IMG/VR virus record: IMGVR_UViG_3300044461_000032
Origin: a virus
DNA: 54,260 bases
Reading direction: 5' to 3' (one strand)
In this document: positions 9,372 to 17,682 of the stretch, one piece after another
Layout of the letters: each line of letters starts with the position of its first letter
Position numbering within the stretch: the stretch's first letter is position 1
Program-made: the position numbers and the translations under genes
The notes under the pieces: model-generated
What the model was told of the DNA's origin: nothing
What the model saw: the letters and a program-made list of their open reading frames with translations, nothing else
The model's database searches: none

Positions 9372-9982
9372 GGATACGCCGCCCACTTCCGGTGCTCCGG
9401 GTCCGGCCGCTTGCGCTTGATCGGGCGATTCACAGCAGATGGCTTGATCGATGGCTGGAGGCCCTTACGCACAAAGATGAGATTCGAGCGCGTCCAGCTG
9501 ACGAGTTCGTAGCCCTTTTCAAGTCCCACGCGGGTCAGGGCCAGCGCACTCGCGCCATAGAAGTTCGTGCCGTCCCACCGCCGGTCAGGGTCGTAGGGCA
9601 CCGTCCGTGACTTCGAGGCGGACCACTTCGGGTTGTATTCAATGATGACGACACGCGGCCAATACGCCAGCGCCTTCCACACCCACAGGTCGTTGCCGTC
9701 GATGTCAATCGAGAGCAAGTCAAACTCTTTCGGGATGCCCGCGCTGCGAAACACCTGATTGACGTTCTCCGCGGTGATGTCCGCTTGCCGCACGATGGCA
9801 TCCAAGGGTTCCACGTCGAAGAGATGCACCCGCCAGCCGCGCGCGCGGAAGTAGGCGGTGTTCGACTTGCGGAACCCATCGGCCGCGCCAAACTCCACCG
9901 CGATCTTGTTCGTGGTGCCAATGGCGCGGAAGATGCGCGCCGCCGCCCGGTCCTCTTTCGATTGCGCGTGCCACTTGCTCAT
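9368..9982 (-). CDS. FkbM-family methyltransferase, 204 aa
   Basis: HAQSKEDR..IAVEFGAADGFRKSNTAYF..GWRVHLFD..IDIDGND..YGASALAL..GYELV pattern. Confidence 0.7.
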   Translation of the reverse strand: MSKWHAQSKEDRAAARIFRAIGTTNKIAVEFGAADGFRKSNTAYFRARGWRVHLFDVEPLDAIVRQADITAENVNQVFRSAGIPKEFDLLSIDIDGNDLWVWKALAYWPRVVIIEYNPKWSASKSRTVPYDPDRRWDGTNFYGASALALTRVGLEKGYELVSWTRSNLIFVRKGLQPSIKPSAVNRPIKRKRPDPEHRKWAAYP

Positions 9983-10575
9983 GGGCGGAATCCCCAGTTA
10001 CCGGCAGAGATTCCGTAGGGCTGCTTGGGTCCGATATACCAACTTGGAGGCAGAATCGTCACCTTGATTCCGCGCTCGCGCGCAATCGTCATCCATACGA
10101 GCACGCCGCAATGATCGATCATGTGCTTGTGCTCAAACTTGGTCCCGTGACCGTGCAGCACAATGTGCTCGTAGCCCTCCAGGATCGAGTGCGCGAGCAT
10201 CACATCGACTTGACATGTGTAGAACTTGGGATGCACGTCAAACGCAGCAAGGATCCGCTCTTTGTTAAAGAGCACACCAGCGGGAATCGTTGGATCCAAT
10301 TCGGTCAGATACAGCGGCCTGTAGCCTGGCTTACCAGGCCCTGGCAGGCCCTGATACCACCGATAGGTCTTCGGCCGGTTCCGCTTGATCCCGGCATACC
10401 CAGGCACAGGATCGAATGGGTGTAAATCCCACCAGGCATGCCACGAATCGATGGTGCCGTATTTCGGAGCCCACCTCTGGTTTGAATGAGTTGTTCCCCA
10501 CAACTCAGCGCCCGGATAGCGAGTGAGCGGATCCTCGCGCGACGTGCGTTTCCCTAAAAAAATGACCGTCTTCAC
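9979..10575 (-). CDS. Rossmann-like protein of unknown function, possibly related to the two MptE/Maf-like proteins downstream, 198 aa
   Basis: GTGA-coupled to its neighbour. VIFLGKRTS at the N-terminus and ..VDVMLAHSILEGYEHIVLHGHG.. in the core. Confidence 0.3.
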   Translation of the reverse strand: MKTVIFLGKRTSREDPLTRYPGAELWGTTHSNQRWAPKYGTIDSWHAWWDLHPFDPVPGYAGIKRNRPKTYRWYQGLPGPGKPGYRPLYLTELDPTIPAGVLFNKERILAAFDVHPKFYTCQVDVMLAHSILEGYEHIVLHGHGTKFEHKHMIDHCGVLVWMTIARERGIKVTILPPSWYIGPKQPYGISAGNWGFRP

Positions 10576-11270
10576 GCCGCCACCGCCTCCAGGATCGACC
10601 CCGACAACGTCGCCCCGTAGTGCGCACGGAGCGCCTTGAGCGCCCGCCGATCAGCGGCGACGTGATTGCGCCACCAGTTCGCCGGCCGCTCTTTCGGGAG
10701 GTAGTGGTATCCAGGGGTGAAGGAGAAGCCGACCATCCGCACCGGCACGGCCCCGCAGTAGAGCGCAATCGCCGTCGCGAGAATCCCCGACGAGCACGGC
10801 TCTGTCTCCTTGCGTCCAACCAGCGACTTCGCCGGACGATCACACGTCTCCGTCTCCAGCCAGTGTTTCGTGGGCTTGTCGAGGACCGACCACGTCTGAT
10901 ACGTGACGCCGAGCTGCGCCAAGGCCGCGAGGGTATCCTGCTCGCTGGCCTCTTTCGGGCCGCGCAATAACAGCACATGCCCGACCGTCTTACCCTTGGC
11001 CTGCTGGAGCATGGTCCGGTGCAACGGCTTGATCCGTGCGGTGCCGGGTTTGTCGACGGCCCGACTCGCCACGACCCAAAGATCGACCGGGCTCGCTACG
11101 CTGGAGATACCGCCATTGACCGCAATGACCGTCTCGCGCTCCCGCACATCAGCCGCGGCCGAACCCTTGAGCGGCGCCGAGCCCACCACGACACACGCGC
11201 GGCCTTCGAGCAGCGGGCGCACGCGCTCCACCTGGGACCGATCCACGACCGTCGCCAAGGGGAGGCTCAT
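10572..11270 (-). CDS. MptE/Maf (DUF115)-like or sialyltransferase-like transferase, 232 aa
   Basis: CVVVGSAPL..VIAVNGG..SSGILATAIALYCGAVPVRMVGFSF layout. ATGA-coupled on both sides. Confidence 0.45.
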   Translation of the reverse strand: MSLPLATVVDRSQVERVRPLLEGRACVVVGSAPLKGSAAADVRERETVIAVNGGISSVASPVDLWVVASRAVDKPGTARIKPLHRTMLQQAKGKTVGHVLLLRGPKEASEQDTLAALAQLGVTYQTWSVLDKPTKHWLETETCDRPAKSLVGRKETEPCSSGILATAIALYCGAVPVRMVGFSFTPGYHYLPKERPANWWRNHVAADRRALKALRAHYGATLSGSILEAVAA

Positions 11271-12043
11271 GCCGCCCCCTCTGCTATACTAGGCTCGCTC
11301 AGGCCGGGGTGATGTTGTCCCGGTCGGTTCCCCTCCCGTGGGAGAGGTAACATCACCTCGCTAGGACCAGCTACATGCTGGACAAGCCGAACCACGGGGG
11401 GGTCCAAACCTATCGCCTGTTCCAACTCCACGCGCGGGAAGGCCTTGAGCGCCGTCTTCCGGCTGCAGTTCAGCACCTCGACGCCAGCCGTCTTGAGCGG
11501 CTCCACCAGCGTCTCGAAGCGCTGCAGGCACATGGAGAACGGTGGCCCGCTATTGTTCGGATGCCGCCCGAAGAAGTGCCCGCCTTGCATGTCCACGCCG
11601 AGCAAGAGCACCCGCGAGGCCCCGAGGTGGACTGCCACGTTAATCGACTGATAGGCCCCGTTGAGGCCGAGCGCCACGCGCCCAGGGTCCAGGGTCAAGC
11701 CGGTCTGCGGCCCACGGCGAAGCACCTGCACGTCTGGGTAGCCGGGGACGGCGGCGAGGGCATATTTATACCGTCCGGTGAACGCGGGATACTTCACCCC
11801 GCCGCCCGTGACGTGTGCCGTGGCCCCTTTGTGCCAGCCCCACCAACGGGCGTCCGCCGCATACAGCACGTCCGCATCCGGGGCCAACTTATAGCTATCG
11901 TTCACCGCGATCACTGCCGAGACATGCGCCCGCGCGAGGTCCACGTCGGACTGATGGAGCGACGGACCAGAGCCCATCACGAGCACCGTCCCGCCCTCCA
12001 AGAGCCGGGGCACCGAGGCGAACACCATCGGGCGCTTTACCAT
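11267..12043 (-). CDS. MptE/Maf (DUF115)-like transferase, 258 aa
   Basis: ATG at 12043. VLVMGSGPSLHQSD..AVIAVNDSY..DVLYAADARWW..INVAVHLGASRVLLLGVDM. Confidence 0.5.
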   Translation of the reverse strand: MVKRPMVFASVPRLLEGGTVLVMGSGPSLHQSDVDLARAHVSAVIAVNDSYKLAPDADVLYAADARWWGWHKGATAHVTGGGVKYPAFTGRYKYALAAVPGYPDVQVLRRGPQTGLTLDPGRVALGLNGAYQSINVAVHLGASRVLLLGVDMQGGHFFGRHPNNSGPPFSMCLQRFETLVEPLKTAGVEVLNCSRKTALKAFPRVELEQAIGLDPPVVRLVQHVAGPSEVMLPLPREGNRPGQHHPGLSEPSIAEGAA

Positions 12044-13281
12044 TTGCGCCCCGTCTGCGGGTCCATCTGCGTCAGGTCGCGGCCGTTCGTGCCCGGGTCG
12101 CCCTTCTTGCCTTCCTTGCCTTGCTTGCCGCGCCGGCTCGAAATCCACCAGAGCGGCGATCCCTGTTCGGGCTTTGCGCTGTTCTTCTGTTTGACCACCC
12201 AGGTATGGCCGTCAAACGCGAAGGACGCACCGGGGGGATACTCCTTGCCTGGCTCCCAGTCCCCCGTATAGAACGTAGAAGGCAACACGAACTCCTTCAC
12301 GCGCTCCCCTTGACACAGGCGAAGCACCAGGCCGCGCGTCTCATCCAGATACACGTCGTAGTCATCGAACCCGAGGCCGTCATGGCCGTCCTGCCCGTCT
12401 TTCGGTTTCGGCCACGTCGCAAGCTGCGCGTGTATGGCCCGTTCCACATCAGCCGGATCGACATCCTTTCCGACCACAGCCCCGACGTTCTGCGTCGTGC
12501 CGTCTGAGAGCGTCAGCACGAGATGGCCCGCGCGATCGATAAGCGCACTCGTGAACCCGGTCCCATCCTTCGGGAGAGGAACAGCCGCCACGCGCCGCTC
12601 AATCTCGCGCACGATCAACGGCATCACATCGTCAACGGTGACACTGACGCCGTCCTCCCCGTCTTTCGGCACAGGAATTAACCCGACGTCCTTGGACACC
12701 ATGGAGTAGACACGAGAGACAACCGCCTCCACGTCGATGCTCTTGCCGTCCTGGCCATCCTTCGGTTTCGGAATCGCGGCGACGACACGCGCCACAATCG
12801 CGTCTACGTCTGGGGCGTCCGCGTCATGACCGTCGAGGCCAGGATCGCCCTTCTCGGGCTTCGGCACGAGCGCGAGCACGCGCGATACAATCGTGTCGAG
12901 GTCAGGCGCAGACGCATTCGTGCCTGGATCGCCTTTGTCGCCCTTATCGCCGTCCTTCGGCTTTGGCACGAGTGCCAAGACATGCTCCACGACCTCATCG
13001 AAATCGAGTGGCTGCGCATCCTTCCCCGGATCGCCGTCTTTCGGCTTGGGCAACGCTGCGACAGCCTTATGCACTTCGGCGGCGAGCAACGGCGCCATCT
13101 CGGCCATCGTCACGCCGTCTCGGCCATCACGCGGCACGAGCGCCTTCTGGCTTTCCAAGGCCGTCACGCGTGCCACAAGCGCCGCATTCTCCGCACGCAG
13201 GGCGGCATTCTCTTTGGCGGCAAACTCGCGGATGACCGGGCCGAGCGCCTTCGTGAGCGTCGCGATCTCTGTCGGCGTCAC
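12037..13281 (-). CDS. Collagen-like / P-x-P-K-D-G-x-D-G repeat fibre or decoration protein with a CBM5/12-like C-terminal module, 414 aa
   Basis: N-terminal coiled coil, then seven ~30-40 aa repeats (..LPKPKDGDPG.., ..VPKPKDGDKG.., ..IPKPKDGQDG..). This is followed by ..YTGDWEPGKEYPPGASFAFDGHTWVVKQ.. and six G-X-Y triplets (GKQGKEGKKGDPGTNGRD). Confidence 0.6.
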   Translation of the reverse strand: MTPTEIATLTKALGPVIREFAAKENAALRAENAALVARVTALESQKALVPRDGRDGVTMAEMAPLLAAEVHKAVAALPKPKDGDPGKDAQPLDFDEVVEHVLALVPKPKDGDKGDKGDPGTNASAPDLDTIVSRVLALVPKPEKGDPGLDGHDADAPDVDAIVARVVAAIPKPKDGQDGKSIDVEAVVSRVYSMVSKDVGLIPVPKDGEDGVSVTVDDVMPLIVREIERRVAAVPLPKDGTGFTSALIDRAGHLVLTLSDGTTQNVGAVVGKDVDPADVERAIHAQLATWPKPKDGQDGHDGLGFDDYDVYLDETRGLVLRLCQGERVKEFVLPSTFYTGDWEPGKEYPPGASFAFDGHTWVVKQKNSAKPEQGSPLWWISSRRGKQGKEGKKGDPGTNGRDLTQMDPQTGRKW

Positions 13282-14681
13282 TGGGATAACTCCAACTCTT
13301 TGCGCAGCATCACCGCGAAGGCCGCTTCGACGTCGTCCTCGTCCGCTTCTTCAGGCTCAGTGGTGACAGGCGTCTGGGTCGGCGGTGTCAGGATGGGATT
13401 CTTCGACCGCTCATCGAGGTCCGCAAGACTCCAGTTCTGCTGTTGCAGATACGGTGTCCCGCCACCCTTCATCGGCCCGAGGTTCAGCCGGGCGCGGCCT
13501 TCGTTCGGCGTCAATACCCCAGAGCCGACGCCCTTGGAGATGACGTCCATCATCGTCGACGAGTCCATCAGGAGCAGATCGGTGACGTTGAACTGCGTCC
13601 CGAGCCGCACGCCGCCGACTTTATCCGGTGCCAGTCCGAGGCCGTGGTCCATGACGGACTCAAACGACGTCATCAACGGCTGCAAGCACTGGGTGTAATA
13701 CTGGACATTCAACGCCTGAATGTTGTTATACGGCGGCTGTGGCCCGCCGACGAGATACCACGGCACCCCGAAGGCGTTCGCAATCGCCTCACAGGCGGAC
13801 GACCACTGCTCATTCAGTTGGGACTTGTCCGCCGACTCGGCCAGGCCCTCATATGTCAGGCCGTCTCCGACCACCGCAATACGCCCGCGGTTCTGCCCGC
13901 CGTAGTTCCGCTCCCAGTTTTCTTTGAGACGAAGCGCCGTGGTTTCCGAGATGGCGCCAGGCGCCGTCAGGATGCCACCCGGTTGCGACCCGTTGCCGAA
14001 GAAGTGCGCGCTATTCGCCTGAATCTTCAGGCCGAGCATGGCCGCGATCCCACAGGCATAGAGCGGCGAAATCCCGACGAGCGGATGGTAAAACGAGTTC
14101 CAGAGGTCGTGCATGATCTCGCGCGCTGGGACTACGACCGCCTCTGGGAGTTGCGAGAGGTTGTCGGTGTTCAGTTCGTAGAAGACGGAGCCATCCGGCG
14201 CCACCAGCGGCTTCACGCGCGCCGGGTCGAGCACATACAGGTCCGTGACCACTCCGCGCGCGTCCCGCTGCTTCAGCGCATACGTATTGCCGTGGATGAG
14301 CTTCGACAGCATCCACACCATGCGGAAGTGAAACGGCGTCTGATAGTGGTTCGGGCGGCGCAGGACGGGCGAAAAGGCCGGATTTTCGGTCGGCGCCCAG
14401 ACGTCGTTCTCCTCTTCCCGCACCAACTCAAAGCGCGTCTTCGCGACGTCGCCCGAAATGAGCCGCAGGCAGGCAAAGACGGTCGGATGCTGCAGGAGGT
14501 CGCAGAGGGGCGTCTCAATGTTGCACTGCCAGGCCCCGGTGAACCCTTCGCGGATAATCGAGTGCCAGCCGCCGCGTGACCCCACCATGAGGCCGGCGCT
14601 ATTCGCGGGGCTCATCGCCGCGACGGGCGCCTTGACCGTCAAGGCCGTCGTCATGGCCCGCACAAGCGAGACGTTAGCCAT
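13278..14681 (-). CDS. Portal protein (HK97 family), 467 aa
   Basis: ..HFFGNGSQPGGILT.., ..GRIAVVGDGLTYEGL.., ..QYYTQCLQP.. and an acidic C-terminal tail. Confidence 0.85.
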   Translation of the reverse strand: MANVSLVRAMTTALTVKAPVAAMSPANSAGLMVGSRGGWHSIIREGFTGAWQCNIETPLCDLLQHPTVFACLRLISGDVAKTRFELVREEENDVWAPTENPAFSPVLRRPNHYQTPFHFRMVWMLSKLIHGNTYALKQRDARGVVTDLYVLDPARVKPLVAPDGSVFYELNTDNLSQLPEAVVVPAREIMHDLWNSFYHPLVGISPLYACGIAAMLGLKIQANSAHFFGNGSQPGGILTAPGAISETTALRLKENWERNYGGQNRGRIAVVGDGLTYEGLAESADKSQLNEQWSSACEAIANAFGVPWYLVGGPQPPYNNIQALNVQYYTQCLQPLMTSFESVMDHGLGLAPDKVGGVRLGTQFNVTDLLLMDSSTMMDVISKGVGSGVLTPNEGRARLNLGPMKGGGTPYLQQQNWSLADLDERSKNPILTPPTQTPVTTEPEEADEDDVEAAFAVMLRKELELSQ

Positions 14682-14928
14682 TCACGATACCTGTTCGGAT
14701 CAATCCCGCGACTGCGAAGAGGAACACGCTGACTGCAATCAGCGCCCATCCCAGACCGGCGAGGATGAACACGCCAGTCGTCATCACGGCCGCACCGGAA
14801 ACGGCACAGAGACACAGCCAGAGCAAGGCCGAGCCAAGCACTCCGAAGTCTCGCACCTGTGCGTTGGGATTCTGCCGATCAGGCGGGGCAATCGGCTGAA
14901 GCACGTAATCGCTGGCCACGTCGGTCAC
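14674..14928 (-). CDS. Small membrane protein (2-3 TM segments), 84 aa
   Basis: ..VLGSALLWLCLCAVSGAAVMTTGVFILAGLGWALIAVSVFLFAVAGLI.. Coupled to neighbours on both sides. Confidence 0.6.
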   Translation of the reverse strand: MTDVASDYVLQPIAPPDRQNPNAQVRDFGVLGSALLWLCLCAVSGAAVMTTGVFILAGLGWALIAVSVFLFAVAGLIRTGIVNG

Positions 14929-15212
14929 GGTTCCGGCTCCAGATCGCGGCGCTGATAGGTGCGCGACGGCTCAGGGGCCTCGGGCGTCTCAGGCGTGATG
15001 GTGGAGGTCGTTAACTTGCGCGGACGCCGCCGTCGTGGAGTGGGAGGGTCCGGAAGGGGCTCAGGTGGACGCTTCGGCGCGACCGTGGCGCGGCCCTGGG
15101 CGAGCAGCGCGCCCGAGTGAATGCGGGAGATCTGGAACCGCTCGCCGGTCTGTATCTCGCGCCCCTGCAACTCCAAGGGCTCCGAGGCGACCAGCCATAT
15201 CCCGTTGAACAT
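14925..15212 (-). CDS. Hypothetical protein with a Pro/Arg-rich C-terminus, 95 aa
   Basis: ATG at 15212 preceded by GAGGG. ATGA overlap downstream. Confidence 0.5.
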   Translation of the reverse strand: MFNGIWLVASEPLELQGREIQTGERFQISRIHSGALLAQGRATVAPKRPPEPLPDPPTPRRRRPRKLTTSTITPETPEAPEPSRTYQRRDLEPEP

Positions 15213-15436
15213 CAACCCTCGCACCCGAGGTATAGTGGCGGTATCGGCTGCGCCCTAGGTAAGCGGCCGACGACGCCACTAGACGGCACTCGAAAAGGTC
15301 TAGATGTGGCTCCAGCCGGCCACGAGATAAACAGAGAACGACCTAGGCTCTCGACACGGGACTGCGCGACGGTGCACTCACCGATCACAGGGCCAACGAA
15401 TCGTGCCGGTTGGAACATCCACCCTCACATAGAGAA

Positions 15437-15472
15437 ACGCGCACCCGTCAGTTATCCCCAACGGATGCGCGT
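15437..15472 (-). terminator. Rho-independent terminator after the capsid gene
   Basis: Minus strand: a 12-bp stem ACGCGCATCCGT/ACGGGTGCGCGT (one G-U pair), a 12-nt loop, then TTCTCT. It starts 22 nt downstream of the capsid stop. Confidence 0.65.
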
Positions 15473-15493
15473 CCGAGTTACGCCGTCAGGCTC

Positions 15494-17458
15494 CTATGCG
15501 GTGCCGGCGGACCACTGCACGTCGTCCATCCAGGCCACGCCGGCATTCCGCCGCCGCGTCCAGTAGATGTAGCGCTCGCAGCGCAGCGCGACGCTGTTCG
15601 TCTGGAACATCGACACGACCACCGACCCAGTCGCCCCGGCGGGCGATCCGAGCGATCCGGCATCCATGACCGGCGCGTCGTCCATCTCGAGCGACGCCTC
15701 GCGGCTCAGGTCCATCGAGAACCCGCCATCGTCCGCCAGGAAGATTTCCGGCGCGGCGAGCAGGACGATCAGGTTGTTCGCAGGCGTGCCGAGAATCGCA
15801 TACTGCGACGTGACCACCGGCAACCCGTAGAACGTCCCGCCGTTCATGTTGATCGTCGGGAAGGCATAGGCCCCGAGCGACGTCCGCATGAGCGACAGCG
15901 CCAGCGCGACACTGTTCGGCATGATCCAGTGCGTCGGCATGATGTGCGCCGAGATGAAGGAGTTCATCAGGGCTTGCACGTCCACGTCGACCGCATCGAG
16001 CGTCACGCCCGAGGCGTTCAGATTCGCGATACCGTTCGTGATCGAGGCCGGGGAGACGCCCGCCGACGCCGTCTTCGCGGGATCGATGAAGTCGATGTCG
16101 AGCCGTTCCTGCAACGCCCGCACGAGCAAACTGCGGACGCGCGCTTCAGCCGAGGGACTGGAGAACCGCACCAGCTCGTCCGTCAGAACCGCGATGTTCG
16201 CGACCTTCGTGAACGGGATGGTCGTCTCGTTGTAGTCGCCCTTGGTGAGCGGCTTCGCCTTGCCCTGCCCGACCCAGTAGCCCGCCCCGCCCGACGTTTC
16301 GCCGCCGATGCGGGAATTGAAGGAGACGCGGGTCATGCCGTCGATACGGCCGATGATGGTCTGCGGTCGGAGATACTCGATGAACTCGCTCACGAGGTTC
16401 GTCGGGTAGACCAACGGCCCCGCCCACGTCGAGTCCAGCGTGGACCCGGCCGGCACAACTTCCTTGAGTAGCGCCTGAATGCGTGTCAGGCCGGGGAAGT
16501 GATGCTTCGCCAACTCCAGCGCCGAGATGCCCGTCCGGAGTGCCGCCGCGCGGCAAATCACATACTTGGACAGTTCGATGCCGGGCGGCAACTTCTGCTC
16601 CGGCGCCTCGCCCATGACCACATGCGATTGCGGCTGATGGGCCTCGCGCACGTCGCCCGTGGGGGCCTTCGCCACGACCGTGCGGGCCATCGCGGCCTGT
16701 GCGGCTTCCTGCGCCTTGAGGCTGTTCACCTTGCCCGCCAAGGACACGACCGTGCCGGACAGCGCGTTGCGCTCGCCGACTTCGTGCTCTTCGAGACTGC
16801 CATCGGCCGTCTCCCGCGTGTTCAGTTCTTCGAGTCGGGCGTGCTTCGTCTGCAGCTCGGCAATCGCCGAGGTAATCTGATCGCCAATGGGTGTCGCCAT
16901 GCGCGACTCCTTCTGTTGGGAGCCGCCCACATAGGAAGGCGAGGGTGTGTTGACGGTGCCCCCATAGGAGGGCTGAGTGGCGCGTTGCGCCAGGTCCAGT
17001 GTTTTAATCGTGTGAATCGAGGCCGTGGCATTCGCGGCAATCGTCACCGCGGAGAGTTCCATCCATTCCCATGTCAGGAACTTCTGGCCGCCCCACGGAT
17101 CCTTCGCGTTGAGCGGCTCCATCGTGAGGGCTTTGAACCCAATCGAGAGGCCGCGCACGAGGCCCGCCTTGATGAGCGTCCAGGCGCGGTCAATATCGGG
17201 GAGGCCGGTGTCCTTCGCAATCTGCGCGCGGATTTTGATGCCCGCCTTCGTAACCGTCGCCGCGAGCACATGCCCAATGGGAGAATCGGCGCGATGCTGC
17301 CACAAGAGCGGCATGGGCAATCGAAAGACGGCGCCGTCAGGCACGACTACGTCACCGGCCCTATCGACTTCGGGCGTGCTCGCGACGCCTTCGATGATGC
17401 GCTCGTGTTCGTCGATGGTCTTGACGTGATCGAGAAGGCTATACGCCCGCGTGAGCAT
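15494..17458 (-). CDS. Prohead protease (S78/U35) fused to an HK97-fold major capsid protein, 654 aa
   Basis: N-terminal ~150 aa: ..IEGVASTPEVDRAGDVV..LLWQHR..GLSIGF.. This is followed by a coiled-coil delta-like linker, then ..YLRPQTIIGR..VANIAVLTDELVRFS.. capsid motifs. Confidence 0.85.
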   Translation of the reverse strand: MLTRAYSLLDHVKTIDEHERIIEGVASTPEVDRAGDVVVPDGAVFRLPMPLLWQHRADSPIGHVLAATVTKAGIKIRAQIAKDTGLPDIDRAWTLIKAGLVRGLSIGFKALTMEPLNAKDPWGGQKFLTWEWMELSAVTIAANATASIHTIKTLDLAQRATQPSYGGTVNTPSPSYVGGSQQKESRMATPIGDQITSAIAELQTKHARLEELNTRETADGSLEEHEVGERNALSGTVVSLAGKVNSLKAQEAAQAAMARTVVAKAPTGDVREAHQPQSHVVMGEAPEQKLPPGIELSKYVICRAAALRTGISALELAKHHFPGLTRIQALLKEVVPAGSTLDSTWAGPLVYPTNLVSEFIEYLRPQTIIGRIDGMTRVSFNSRIGGETSGGAGYWVGQGKAKPLTKGDYNETTIPFTKVANIAVLTDELVRFSSPSAEARVRSLLVRALQERLDIDFIDPAKTASAGVSPASITNGIANLNASGVTLDAVDVDVQALMNSFISAHIMPTHWIMPNSVALALSLMRTSLGAYAFPTINMNGGTFYGLPVVTSQYAILGTPANNLIVLLAAPEIFLADDGGFSMDLSREASLEMDDAPVMDAGSLGSPAGATGSVVVSMFQTNSVALRCERYIYWTRRRNAGVAWMDDVQWSAGTA

Positions 17459-17496
17459 GGAGTGGCCCCAATGCTACGGAGGCGACACAGGGCCGT

Positions 17497-17682
17497 CTAT
17501 TTTGGGTTTCTTAAATCCTTGTCGAGCGCCTTCCGGATGATGTCTTGCACCGACACCCGCTGATACATGGCACGTTGAAACGCCCGGTCATAGAGGCTCT
17601 CCGACATGGTCAAATGCACGTCGGTGGAGGCCTCTTTCGGCGAGACGGACGGCCGGCCGCGGCGATTCACCTGTGGACTCAT
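17497..17682 (-). CDS. Small ribbon-helix-helix-like protein, 61 aa
   Basis: ATG at 17682 (ATGA overlap with the terminase stop). ..TDVHLTMSESLYDRAFQRA..VSVQDIIRKAL.. The remainder of track ORF 17497..18021 overlaps the terminase gene. Confidence 0.5.
   Translation of the reverse strand: MSPQVNRRGRPSVSPKEASTDVHLTMSESLYDRAFQRAMYQRVSVQDIIRKALDKDLRNPK

Noticed and set aside
15225-15493. A search for tRNA or small-RNA genes in the intergenic gaps (15225-15493, 20142-20349, 21924-22129, 33539-34013 and 38256-38363).
   Set aside because: I saw no cloverleaf with a T-loop GTTCRANYC-type motif or acceptor-stem pairing. The gaps are explained by terminators, promoters or small coupled ORFs. A tRNAscan or Infernal run would be the definitive check.
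15410-16471. Long plus-strand ORFs lie antisense to minus-strand genes. This one is an example; others are 11375..12271, 13443..14579, 16499..17563, 29858..30904, 34467..35576, 47798..48982 and 51510..52850.
   Set aside because: They are Arg/Pro/Gly/His-rich low-complexity translations, typical of shadow frames in high-GC DNA. Each lies opposite a minus-strand gene with clear family motifs and coupled starts and stops.
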